From an uncultured Chloroflexia bacterium (GTDB lineage: Bacteria; Chloroflexota; Limnocylindria; Limnocylindrales; CSP1-4): a stretch of 64,000 nucleotides of DNA. Positions 25,284 to 36,595 of the stretch are shown here, piece after piece (position 1 is the first letter of the stretch; each line of letters begins with the position of its first letter). Location of the stretch: positions 288,001 to 352,000 of the forward strand of contig CAVVYR010000007.1 of the NCBI GenBank assembly GCA_963752475.1, given 5' to 3'. The notes under the pieces are model-generated. The model saw only the letters and a list, made by a program, of their open reading frames with translations, ran no database searches and had not been told where the DNA came from. The translations under genes and the position numbers were made by a program.

Positions 25284-27928
25284 ACGACGAGCAGTTCACC
25301 CCGGTCATCCAGTCCTGGCTGCGCTCGAATGACACCGTGCCGCCCGAGCCGCTCGAGCGCACTGACCGCGTGATGGCCCGCGTCCGTTCCACGCGTCAAC
25401 TCGGGCGCCACTGGCCGCCGGAGGCCCTCGTCCCGGAGGTCGAGCCGACCACGGACGGCCCAGGACTCGGCGTCCACCCCGCTCGAGACCGACAAGTCCA
25501 CTGGCTGCCGAGTCGGTTCTCGATCGTCATCGCGATGCTTGCTGCGCTGGTCGTGCTACTGACCGCCAACCTGCTCCTGCTCGACCCGGCGCGGACCGAG
25601 CAGCGCGGTGTCGCCCCACTCCCGGGAGCCGAGGAGTCCGCCGAGCCGAGCAAGGCCATCAGCTGGATCACCGAGCCGGTCAGCCTCGAGGCGGACGCGC
25701 TACGGCTCCACGTCGGCGACATCGTCGTGACAGCTGTGGCCGAAGCGTCCGTCGAGGGCTCCGGAGACCAGGCTCGCCAGCGAGAGCTGGCAGTCGACTG
25801 GCAAGAGAACGACACGTGGCAGCACCTGCAGCTGTACCTCGCCGCGGACGACACGCACTGGTGGATCAGCGAGCTCTTCACCAGCCATGGCACCGAAGCC
25901 ACCAGCACGGTCACCTTCGATACCACGCGCCTGCCTCGGACCACGATCGGAAGCGCGTTGACCACGGATCTCCGACTCACCGGGACGCCGGACGGCGACA
26001 GCGCCCAGACCGGACCCGTCGAGCTGGAGATCGATGGGCTGGTGCTTCGAGCGTTCGAGCCCGGCACCGGTGTCGACCGCGTGGCCACGGAAGTCGGACG
26101 TGTGACCGCGACCGGCGATACCGTCGGCCCAGGGGTACTGCGTGTCGTCGACGACGGCACGAGTCATGGCCTCGAGAGCGTGTTGCACGTCGCCGTGACC
26201 CCCGACGGGCGCGCTTGGGCGGCCACGACCACCCACATCTACGAGCTGGGCGTCGAGGGCGGCTTGCGCGCGATCGACGGTGGGCCGCGTACGATCGAGG
26301 GGCTGGCTGCAGGGGCGGACGATCGCCTGCTTCTGCCCGCGGACGGTGGCGGGTGGCTGCCGACGGATGGCCACTCGTGGCTCGAGTCGGCGTGGTCGGG
26401 ATCGGCGTCCTTCGACGAGGCCGTGATCAGCGCGGACGGTTCGCTCTGGGGCGTCACGAGCGAAGCCGGAGAGATGTTCGGACGGATCGATGCCCTGGGC
26501 ACGATGACGACCAGCGGCATGGCGCTCGCTGATGGGTCGCCCGTCGACCTCGAGGACGGTGCAGCCGCGGGGTCGATCGTGGCCCTCGCGGACGGTTCGG
26601 TCTGGGTCGCGACCGGCCCTGGAGGCGCCATCAGGCGATTCGATGGCGAGGACCGGGGCGCGATCGATGAGATGCACGAACCGTTCGGAACGTATGAGGC
26701 CGGGCAGCATGTCCTCGATCTTGCCGCCAGCACGAACGGGGTGGTCTGGGCCCTGCTCGAGGACCACGCCGGGCAGTATCTCGGGCGTTTCGACGGCACG
26801 ACGTGGTCCCTGCACGTCTGGGACGACGTGGTTGCCGGGTTGCCCGACGATGCCCAGCGGTCATGGGCCTTCCCGGATGGCATCGCCGCTGTGCTCTCCG
26901 ATGGCGCCGTGCTGGTCGCTCCCGTCGACGTCTACGCTGACACGGGCTCCTCGGGGTTGCTCCGCTACGACGGCCGTGCCTCGAGGGTGGCGGCCGATGT
27001 CGCGTTCGACGACTTCGCGGCAACGCCCGATGGGCGGGTGTGGGCCGCGGGTTGGTCAGGCCTGCATCTGCTCGACCCGACCGCGTGGCCCGAGGCGGCG
27101 GGTCCGGTCACGGCCGATGACCAGGTCCCTCCCGGACGAGTGGTGCTCGACCTGCGGCCCAGCCGCCGGCTCGAGCAGGTCGTGGCGTATCTCCAGCGCC
27201 AGAGCGAACAGACCGACCTCGGGCTCGACCCCGAGGCCTTCCTCCGACTCGCCCGCGACCCGGGCGACCACTGGCGTGAGCAGTACCCGTTCCTGAAGGA
27301 AGCCCCGGAGGGCAGCAGCCTGGAGGGTTTCCTCGCCTCCGGCACGTACGAGGGACCGTCGGACATCGCCGCCGAGGACCTCGTCGCGCGGATGCTCGAG
27401 GAGTGGGACGAACGGATGTCGCCGTACGTCGCGGAGGCGGAGCGGAGAGGTATCGACTTCTACGATGCGCTCATCGTCGCCAGTCTCGTCGAGCGGCAGG
27501 CCCGCGACGACGCCGACCGTGCGAGGATCGCCGGCGTCTACTGGAACCGGCTCGACCCCGACGTCTACGGCGATCAGACCGGCGGCCTCCTGAACGCCGA
27601 CCCGGCCGTGGTCTACGCGACCGACTCGATGGCGCTCGAGGATCTGCCGGTCGAGGACTGGGACGGCTATCGCTTCTGGGACCTGCTCGGGATCGATGAC
27701 TACAGCGTCGTCGAGGTCGACCCCGAGTACGCGTCCTTCCAGACGTATCGCACGAAGGGGCTGCCCGAGTGGCCCATCGTGACCCCGGGCGCAGCCTCGA
27801 TGGCGGCAGCGCTGGATCCGGATACCGGCGACGGCAGCCTCTTCTTCTTCGCTTGTCCGGGCTCGACCACGCACGTGTTCGCCCAGACCTTCGACGAGCA
27901 CCTCGAGAACATCGAGCGATGCGACTGA
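25280..27928 (+). CDS. Membrane-anchored anti-sigma-like protein with extracytoplasmic beta-propeller region and C-terminal MltG/YceG-like domain (catalytic Glu appears as Gln)
   Basis: ATGA overlap with the sigma gene; short N-terminal domain plus one TM; xxDGxxW repeats; MltG motifs LEGFL..GTY, ASLVERQ, IAGVYWNRL, LNADPAVVY, TY..KGLP..PI..PG, HVFAQTFDEH. Confidence 0.8.
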   Translation: MNDEQFTPVIQSWLRSNDTVPPEPLERTDRVMARVRSTRQLGRHWPPEALVPEVEPTTDGPGLGVHPARDRQVHWLPSRFSIVIAMLAALVVLLTANLLLLDPARTEQRGVAPLPGAEESAEPSKAISWITEPVSLEADALRLHVGDIVVTAVAEASVEGSGDQARQRELAVDWQENDTWQHLQLYLAADDTHWWISELFTSHGTEATSTVTFDTTRLPRTTIGSALTTDLRLTGTPDGDSAQTGPVELEIDGLVLRAFEPGTGVDRVATEVGRVTATGDTVGPGVLRVVDDGTSHGLESVLHVAVTPDGRAWAATTTHIYELGVEGGLRAIDGGPRTIEGLAAGADDRLLLPADGGGWLPTDGHSWLESAWSGSASFDEAVISADGSLWGVTSEAGEMFGRIDALGTMTTSGMALADGSPVDLEDGAAAGSIVALADGSVWVATGPGGAIRRFDGEDRGAIDEMHEPFGTYEAGQHVLDLAASTNGVVWALLEDHAGQYLGRFDGTTWSLHVWDDVVAGLPDDAQRSWAFPDGIAAVLSDGAVLVAPVDVYADTGSSGLLRYDGRASRVAADVAFDDFAATPDGRVWAAGWSGLHLLDPTAWPEAAGPVTADDQVPPGRVVLDLRPSRRLEQVVAYLQRQSEQTDLGLDPEAFLRLARDPGDHWREQYPFLKEAPEGSSLEGFLASGTYEGPSDIAAEDLVARMLEEWDERMSPYVAEAERRGIDFYDALIVASLVERQARDDADRARIAGVYWNRLDPDVYGDQTGGLLNADPAVVYATDSMALEDLPVEDWDGYRFWDLLGIDDYSVVEVDPEYASFQTYRTKGLPEWPIVTPGAASMAAALDPDTGDGSLFFFACPGSTTHVFAQTFDEHLENIERCD

Positions 27929-29208
27929 TCGCGGCGCTGGCGATCTGCCTGGTGCTGTCGTCGGCCGCCGCCACGCAGGCGGCAGGCTCGGAGGACGCGC
28001 GCTACACCTGGACGGAGTTGAGTCGAGCGACGCACGAGGCACACCGGACCAGGTCGGGACTGCCCGGTGCCGGGCAGTTGGGATCAGCCTGGGTCGATGT
28101 CGAGAAGAACCGGGTCGGCCTGCGTTTCGAGCGCGGCGCCCTCGAGCGGGCTGACTTGGCGTCGGCTGAACGCAAGTGGGAGCGGGCGCTGGGTGTGCCG
28201 GTCTACATCTGGCGCGAGGAGATCGTGCCGTCGATACCGCGCGCCGGAGCGTGGGTGAAGCTGCCCGACGCTCCGTGGGGTGCAGCCAACGCCGTCGCGG
28301 TCGCCATCGATGGGGACATGCTCGTGCTCGACCGTGAGACTGGGCGGGTCCTGCGGTTCGATCCGGAAAGGAACACCTGGATGCGCGGCGCCCGTGCGCC
28401 GAAGCCATTCCGGTCGTACGGCGCGTCGATCGGGACCGGCAGCGAGCTGATCCTGCCGCACACGAAGGACGCCAGTCGGATCGCGACGTACGACCCCACT
28501 GCTGACAGGTGGCGTACGCGCAAGCTCCCGCCATCACCGCTTTCGGGTCCTGACGCCGTGGTCTGGGCCGACGGGCGGTTGGTCGTGGCGGACATCGAGA
28601 CCGAGAGCGAGGTCGACATCGAACGGTCCCTCGCCCTACTGGACCTCGATACCGGCGAGTGGACCGAGCTGCCGGCACCCGAGGCCCCGAGCCAGCTCGT
28701 CGGCCTGCATTGGACCGGATCAGTCATCCTGGCCGTGACGACGGACGAGTACGAAGACCTCGTCCAGGTCACTGTCCTTGACCTCGACGACCGCGAATGG
28801 AGCGAACCCCTCACCGGGCCTCTGAGCTGGTGGTATCGGCACGGGGTCTGGATCGGTGACCGGCTCCTCTTCACGGGCGGCGGCGATCATGGGCCGAGTG
28901 ACGCCTCGTTCGACCCGGTCACGATGACTTGGACGGAGGAGGACTACGTCTGCCCCGTCGGTACACGCGAGGCGATCTGGACTGGCGAGCTCCTCGTCAG
29001 CGAGTCGAGCCGCTACTCGCTCGACCCTGACACTGGCACCTGCTATCGCTTCACCGGGCGCGATCGCACGATGAACTCCAACGCCGTCGTCTGGACCGGC
29101 GATCGCGTCATCTACTGGTCCGGCGGTGGCGCGGAGGAGGGGCAACCGGACCCATACCGCCACAACGGCCACGCCTTCGTGTTCTTCGACGAAGAGGTCC
29201 AGGGATGA
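27919..29208 (+). CDS. Secreted Kelch-like beta-propeller protein with N-terminal alpha-lytic-protease prodomain-like segment
   Basis: Signal peptide MRLIAALAICLVLSSAAATQA; repeats FDPERNTW, YDPTADRW, VWTG/HWTG/IWTG. Confidence 0.75.
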   Translation: MRLIAALAICLVLSSAAATQAAGSEDARYTWTELSRATHEAHRTRSGLPGAGQLGSAWVDVEKNRVGLRFERGALERADLASAERKWERALGVPVYIWREEIVPSIPRAGAWVKLPDAPWGAANAVAVAIDGDMLVLDRETGRVLRFDPERNTWMRGARAPKPFRSYGASIGTGSELILPHTKDASRIATYDPTADRWRTRKLPPSPLSGPDAVVWADGRLVVADIETESEVDIERSLALLDLDTGEWTELPAPEAPSQLVGLHWTGSVILAVTTDEYEDLVQVTVLDLDDREWSEPLTGPLSWWYRHGVWIGDRLLFTGGGDHGPSDASFDPVTMTWTEEDYVCPVGTREAIWTGELLVSESSRYSLDPDTGTCYRFTGRDRTMNSNAVVWTGDRVIYWSGGGAEEGQPDPYRHNGHAFVFFDEEVQG

Positions 29209-29306
29209 CGCCAGCCAGCTGCCAACGTGGCCCTGACGCGGACCGGCCGTCCTGTGAGTGAGAGCGGCATGATCGGTCCGGCGAACCGCGCCACCGAGCG
29301 TGATCC

Positions 29307-31506
29307 ATGGCTCGCGTGATCGGCGCCCGAGCTCGGCCGTGGATCGCATCGATCGCGATGGTCCTGTGCCTGGCGACAGTGAACGCTCTGATGTCGCCGC
29401 CGATCGTGGCCAAGGCTCCGGTGGACACAGATGAGCTAACACTCGACTACAGGGGCTGGGATGGCCGCATCACACGGCCGCTCGGCTACTGGTGGGAGCA
29501 GGGATCCGGAGGTGAGTGGTGGGTCGAACGCGCCAACCTCCGCCCGGACGGTCGCCTCACGCTGCACCTGGCGATCGATCCGATCGAAACGACCGTGCCT
29601 CTCGACCCTGGACCCGCGGTCCTCTTCGCATCTGCCCACCTGTCCGGCGACGGCGGCAGCGTCGGCCTCGGGGCGCGAGTCGGCAAGCCAGTGCACGTGA
29701 CCACACGTCCTTGTCGAGGCTCACAGCGATGCGAGATGCGTGCGAACGTCGTGCTTCCGACGCACCGGCTGGAGTCGGCCGCTGCCGGCGTTCGACATCC
29801 GGCCACTTGGCATGCACTCGGCGTGAACCTGACACTCGTTCGCACCTTCGGCCAGGGGACGTGGGTCCAGGTGCTCCCGCTCGAGGGACGCGGGCTCACG
29901 GGACGCGTCGGTACGGTTTCGGACCCCGGCACGTTCAAGGCGCACACCCGCTACTTCGGTGCGTTCCCGCTCGAGCAGGGCGAGCGCTGGCTGGCGAACC
30001 TCCCTCGCGAGGTCCGGTACGAGCCGGTGCTTCGCATCACCGAGCGTATCCGGCAGAAGGGGGACGAGAGCCAGATTCCCGAAAGCGTCCCGTTCCAGCT
30101 CGACGTGGACGCGGGCGACTGCCTGGGCTGGAGCCTGATGAACGCCACTGGTGACATCGCCTTCGACGAGACCGAGCGGCTGTTCGGCCGGGAGGTGCGC
30201 ACGGTCGATGTGCCCGTCGGGTCGGAGTGGTACGTGCGCTCGCCGAGCCTCGAGAACCTCGACATGCCCTCCGAGACGGTCCATAGCTTCGGACCCTTCT
30301 CGGCGGATAGCGACGGTCTGCGGATCGAGGGTTCGTGGCGCTGCGGCGAAGTCAGCGGTGATGTGACGACGTCCGCGCTGGCGGCGCAAGTCGCGAGCGC
30401 AGCCGCATCACCGTACGTGTGCGAGGAACCTCGTGATCGGATCGTCGAGGAGCCGGGCGTCCTGGCGGGGGAGTGGTCGAGCATCGCGACCGCGCCGATC
30501 CCTGGGCGGCACTCCCACACGGTCACCTGGACCGGCGAAGAGGTCATCGTCTGGGGCGGCATCGAGACCGCCGAAGACGGCTCCACGAGCATGCCGGCCG
30601 ACGGCGCTGCCTATGACCCCGCAACCGATACGTGGCGACCGATCAGCGAGGCGCCGATCAGGGGCCGGATCGGGCACACGGCGGTGTGGACCGGTGATCA
30701 GCTCATCATCTTCGGTGGCCGACGAGGAGACCGGCTTCGGGGCGATGGTGCCGCGTACTTCCCGACAACGGACACATGGCGTCAGATCCCCACGCTCGAG
30801 AGCGGCCTCCGACGCCGCTCGCATCATGCCTTCTGGACGGGCAAGCAGATGCTCATCTGGAGCGGCATCGGGCCGAGCGGCAGTCGCTATTGGCGAGATG
30901 ACGTCATGCTCGCGTACGACCCTTCGACCGACGACTGGTACGGAGATCGGTCGCCACTGTTCCGGCGCTGGGGACCTGATGGCCTCGCCGGTGACGGGGA
31001 GTTCGTCTTCGCCGTCAGCTACGGCGGTGGCGAGCGGCCCGAGATGGCGGTCTACGAGGTCTCCACCGAGCAGTGGCATGCCATCGCCGAGCCTGGAATC
31101 TCTGGACGGGCCCCGGCGTCACCCATCTGGACCGGCGCTGAGCTGCTGCTCTTGCGCCCGAGTATCCGGCTCGGCGGGGATCGATCTGCCGGCGAGTGCC
31201 GCCTACGACCCATCCGGCTCGTGCTGGCGCAGCGTCTCAACAGCGATACCGACGCATTCCGTCGCCTCGGCACCGTCGTGGACCGGGGAGCTGGCGGTGT
31301 TCGCCGGTCGCGAAGGCTTGGCCTACGACCCTGACGCCGACCGATGGCTGGCGATGCCGGCAGACGATCGCGCGGCTCGCACCGAGACGCCGTTCGTGTG
31401 GGCAGGAGATCGCATCTTCGCCTGGGGTGGGGTGGACCCGGCCACCGGGGCCGTGCTCGAGGACGGCGTAACGTACCGAGTACCGCTGGAGGGCGAGCCC
31501 AGATGA
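29307..31506 (+). CDS. Secreted Kelch-repeat protein (one +1 frameshift near 31154)
   Basis: Signal peptide; TWTGEEVIVWGG, AAYDPATDTW, VWTGDQLIIFGG; continues in the +1 frame as AAYDPSG...FVWAGDRIFAWGG; span is 3n+1. Confidence 0.72.
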
Positions 31507-31561
31507 GAAGTATCGTGTTCGCTCGGCTTCGCTTGGCCATGCTCGCCTGCCTGTTCAGGTC

Positions 31562-33587
31562 ATGAGAGCGCCACTCGCGATGGCTGCCGTCGTGGTGGTC
31601 CTACTTACCGGGATGATCGCCGAGGGTCAGCCTGCCGCCGCGGCAGAGTCCGAAGCCACCGATCTCAGACCCAACGCGGAGCGGCCGCTCACCCACGAGG
31701 AACTGCTGATGATCCGGGGTGAACGCGAGCGCTCCGCGACGTGGGGCTCCGCCATGCTCGTGGCCGAGACCGTCCTCGAACGCGACCGGCCGCTGCGCGG
31801 CGGCGACCAGTGGTCGGGTGAGGGTCCGGCGTTCGGCGCCTTGCCGCGCGACGAAGTCCACCCGGGAGATCCGCTCGTACTGGCTTCCAGGACCGTGACC
31901 GCACGGCTCCCGGCCGACGACGGTCCCGTCCGCGGCCTCCTCGCTATCTCCGACAGCCGGTCCGACGCGTTGCGCTTGCAGGGCACCGTCGAGATGCCTG
32001 CTGGCACATATCTCACCCCCGTCGAGACGTCGGCCATCGCCGACGCCGACGCCTTGCCCGGCGGGGCCCTCATCGTGGTCCGAGGGTGGCTCTCCAGTCT
32101 TCCATCGAGCGAGGCCTGCCCGGAAGTCCCCAGCGCGCTCGACCCGCACGACACCGGTGGTCGTGACTCGCCCTTCGTGCGCTGTCCCGGCGGCTGGCTG
32201 ACCGCCGGCGAGGTGGTCGAGCTCGACCCCGACGACCCGACCAGTCCGCTCGCCTTCGGCATCCCGGTCCAATCCGGCGCGCTCGAGCGGTATGGGCGTC
32301 AGAAGGACGAGCAGCCGGTCCCGGGGCCGGCGAGTTTCCTGCTGCGCCACGTGGTGAACCCGATCGACGGTGCCACCTCGGCACGCGCGTGGCTGGTCAT
32401 CGGGCGCCTCGGGCCGATCAACGTCCCGGACGTCACCCCGCCGGCCGATCGTGCCGACATCGCCCGCCCGGGCGGGCTCGACTGGCAGCCGGGCATGGAC
32501 CGGCAACCGCCGGCCGACGGCTGGTCGCTCGACTCGACGGCCTGGGACGGCGGTTTCGCATCGGTCCATCTGGGTCGCGACCGCGTGATGTCGTCGTGGG
32601 TCTCGTCCGACGGCCGCAGCTGGGAAGGCACCGAGCTGCCGACCGGCATCGCGACGGTCTCGGCGCTGCTGCCGCTACGTGATGGCCTCGTGCTCATCGC
32701 CAACGAGCTGCGCTTCGACGAGCCCTGGACCTACGAGGTCTGGGAGATCCTCCGACGGCCTGTCCTGGCGTCGCGTGTCGCGCCAGCGGGTCCCGCAGCC
32801 GGACCGCTTCGACGGCTACCGGCGGAACGTCCAGGGCTTCTGGTCATTGGGCGACCGGATCGTGGCGCTCGCGACGTACACGACCACACCTTGCTGTGGC
32901 CGATCGTCCGGTTGGACCGTCGTCGCGAACGACCGACGCGCGTCCGACGTCACCTTCGCCTGGACCAGCTCGAACGGCAAGCGCTGGAAGCGGCAGCGCA
33001 CGCGAGGCATTCCCAAGGACACGGTGGACTCGTTCGGTTATCTCGTCACCCAGGGCGACGGCGAACTGCTCGGGCGCTGGGGCGGGGCGGACCGGACGAT
33101 CGGGCGCACGACCGACGGGGCCCGCTGGCGGACGATCGGCGCTCTTCCCGACGGGTTCGACGTCTACTCGCCGTCACTGCTGGTCCGGACCGATGACGGC
33201 TTCGTGCTCGGTGACCGCGTCGAGGTGGAGGGACGCGCACGGGCACGCATGACCCTCTGGCGAAGTAGCGACGCGGAGCGATGGCAGCAGACGTTCGCAC
33301 GGTTCGGCGGCCGAGCCACGTCGATCGTGTCGAGCGGCAGCTCGGTCATCGTCGCCGGCAACGACGGCTACTCGCGTGGCACGGGCCACGAGCTCCCGTG
33401 GCTGCTGGTCTCGGACGACGGCGGCCGGACGTGGGACGAGAACGACACCTGGGTCGGTGACTCCGAGTGGTGCTTCGAGTCGCTCACCGCCAACGGTCCG
33501 ACCGTGACGCTCGACGCTGCCTGTGCCACGCCGGATGCAGCCTCGACATACGTGACCACGCTCGAGACCCAGGCCGGGGGTACCTGA
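31562..33587 (+). CDS. Secreted BNR/Asp-box (SxDGxxW) repeat protein (one +1 frameshift near 32743)
   Basis: Signal peptide; SSDGRSW, then +1 frame SSDGLSW, SSNGKRW, TTDGARW, SDDGGRTW. Confidence 0.72.
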
Positions 33588-33589
33588 GG

Positions 33590-35072
33590 ATGGCGGTTCG
33601 TTCGATGGACAGACCCCTCCACTCGGGCGTGCTGCGCTCGGTGGCCGTGGTGCTCGCCCTCGTCACGCTCAGCGCATACGCGTCGATGGGGGCCGCCGGA
33701 GCCGATGCCGATGAGATACCGGCCTGGCGCGGCCGCTGGAACACCGAGGCCGAGCTCACGATCGAGCCGCGGACCGACGGATCCGTGGCGGTGGCAGCCG
33801 GCACCCCACATGGCGTGGTGGTGTGGGGCGGAGTCGCGCAGGACGGGCGGCTCTTGAACGATGGCCTGCTCATCGACTCGGCCGACCCATCCCACTGGCG
33901 GGTCATGCCCGAGTCCCCGCTCGCCCCGCGCCGCGACTACGGTTGGGCCTCGGTCGGCGACCGCGTCCTCGTCTGGGGCGGCGTCGACGAGGACGGTCGA
34001 CCACTCGATGACGGGGCGCTGTTCCAGCACGGCTGGATGTCGCTGCCACAGAGCCGAATGCCGGGCGGCCCAGCTTCGATGGCCGTCGCGGACTATCGAC
34101 TGTGGGTCGTCGCGACGGACCCTGACACCGGGCTCGCCAAGATCGAATCCATGGGCGTGGGTATCGAGGACGGCGCGAGCTGGGGCCTGGTGGCGGACGT
34201 GCCGCTGCCTTCGGGTGAGCGCTACGAGGTCGCCGGCTGCTGTGGCGACGAGGTCAACGAGCTCATCGTCTTCAGCATCATGCCCGATGGCTCCGCGGTG
34301 GCTGCGAGCTGGAACATCGGCGCCGCCCGGGCTCCCGACTTCATCGGCGGGGAGTGGACGCAGCTGGGCACGATCCCGGCTCCGGTCGGCGCGCCGGTCG
34401 TGGGTCGCGCCATCGAACAGCAGCTCGCGGCATGGGTGAGCCCCGTGGACCCCGCACCGGCGGACGCCGGCGATGGATCGGTCGCGGTCCTGCGGCAGGT
34501 CGGCTACGGCCAAGAGGAGCAATGGCGAACCGCGCCGTCGCCGGGTCGGCTCGGCGTCGCCTCGGGCCTGGTGCTCTCGCCGCGGCACCTCATCAGCCTC
34601 AGCGACCGGGCCGTCTACGATCTCGCCGACGAGCGCTGGCTACGGCTGCCCGAGCTCCACCGCCGGGCGAGCTTCGCCACGCCGACCGGTGCGGCGACGT
34701 GGTGGGATCGTGGCCGGCTCTGGGTCCTCGGCGGCGTGGCCCCCGACGGCACGATGCGCTCCGACTCTCCGCTCGTTCACGCCGCGGCTGCCCAAGGGCA
34801 CGTACACCCTGCCCATCGGCCCGATGCCGCTGTGGAAGACGGATGCGGGCACCTGCTACTACGTGGGCGAGCCGGGCACCTGGACGCTCCGGGGCGATCC
34901 CCGGTCCCGGCCGCGCGTGTGGATGCAGCAGGGCGCTCGCACCGAGCCGCTCCGGCTCCCCGATGGCTGGCACGCTCGGTTCGGACCGAAGCTCTCGATC
35001 ACCGACTCCACCGGCGCGGTGCGCTTCCGCGGAGGCGAGACGTGCGAGGGCAACACGGGTACCGGTGGATGA
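33590..35072 (+). CDS. Secreted Kelch-like protein with small C-terminal domain (one +1 frameshift near 34766)
   Basis: Signal peptide; VVVWGG...DGLLID, SPLAPR, VLVWGG...DGALF, YDLADERW, LWVLGG; tail in the +1 frame. Confidence 0.68.
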
Positions 35073-35193
35073 AGCACACACGGAAGCGCCTGAGACACCC
35101 GGACGACCCGGCTGGGAACCGGACGGTCACGTCGAGCGTCTCCCCAGGTTGCCCGAGGACGGAGTCCGTCGTGGTCCGCGAGGAGTCTGGCCC

Positions 35194-36595
35194 ATGACCG
35201 ACCGACGACGTATCGTCGCGGCTCTGTCCCTCGTCGCGTTGCTCGCGCTGCCGGCCGCTGTCATGGCCCAGTCGCCGTCGCCCTCGGACCCGGACGCCGG
35301 GTTCGTCGAGATCGTCGGGCCCGACCCACGCGGTCCTGCCCCGTCGCCACCGATCGGCCCAGCCTGGCAGGTCGGCCTCGAGCGCTCGTTCTGGAACGTG
35401 GGCGACGTCGACCTCGTCGCCTGCGAGGGTGGCTTCACGCTGCTGGGCTGCGTGCACGACAAGCTCGCCGGGCAACGGTACCGGTCGCGTGGACTCGTGT
35501 GGACCTCGTCCGATGGCTTCGAGTGGTCGCGTGCCGGGACCCTCCGACCGAGCAACGACCCCATCGAGGACGAGTGGGCGGTCTTCGACCTCGTGGAGTA
35601 CGGGGGTGAGCTTCTTGCGCTCGGTGCTGAGGGTCGGCGCCTCGTGGTGTGGCGTTCGCGCGACTGCGGCGAGACGTGGGGGCGCCTGCGCGACCGCCCG
35701 GTGTTCTCGGTCGGTCGGAAGGCCCTCTCGCTCGACTTCGTGCGTGGTGTGGCCACCGACGACACGTTGCTCGTGCTCGGGACCCAGGCCGGCGAGATGA
35801 TCCCGTACCGGCGGTGGGCCTGGACCCTCGACGAGCGCGGCTGGCGTCGCATCCGCGGTGGCCTCGAGGGCGTGGTCGACTTCGGCCTCGTCTCGGATGG
35901 CCGGCGGTTCCTGGCCAACCGCGAGGAACACATCTCCGGAGCCCGGCGGGCGGGCCGACTCATCACCTCGACAGACGGTCGCCGCTGGCAGGAGCTCGGC
36001 GTTCTTCCCGACGACAGCCGGTCGGTGGTCCCTGACCCTGTCCGTGATCGCGTGTTGGCCCAATCCAGTGTCTACGGCGATGGCTGGATCAGCCGCGAGT
36101 TCCAGGCCTCCACCGATGACGAGACATGGAGCCCCGCGGTTCGCGTGGCTCCTGCCCCCGAGGCACCCGTCGGGCACGCTCTTCGAGGTTGACGGCGCGC
36201 TGGTCTGGATCTTCGATGTGTGGGACGACACCGACAGCAACGCCTGGAGCTGGATCGCGCTCTCCGAGGACGGCGGCTCGACCTGGACCGTGAGCGTGGG
36301 CCACCCGGACATGCGACTGGCCGGGCTACGGTCGGTCGCGGCCACCGACGAGGCGATCGTCCTCGCCTTCACGGGCGAGGGCTTCGATGCCATCAAGACC
36401 TGGACCCTGCCGCGACATCTCGTGCCCACGGGGCGGATCAATGAGCGGTCCATCGGCCCCGACGCCTCCGATGACTGGGGGTTCGCCTGCCCGGTCGGCG
36501 ATGTCGTGCTCCTCCTCGTCGGCAGCGTCGCCGATCCGGCCACGATGCCGCGGCTGGTCCTTGAGGCGCTGCCCGGGGCCGCGAGCGAATCATGA
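35194..36595 (+). CDS. Secreted BNR/Asp-box repeat protein (one +1 frameshift near 36167)
   Basis: Signal peptide (VMA-Q); TSSDGFEW, RSRDCGETW, TSTDGRRW, STDDETW, then SEDGGSTW in the +1 frame. Confidence 0.7.
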
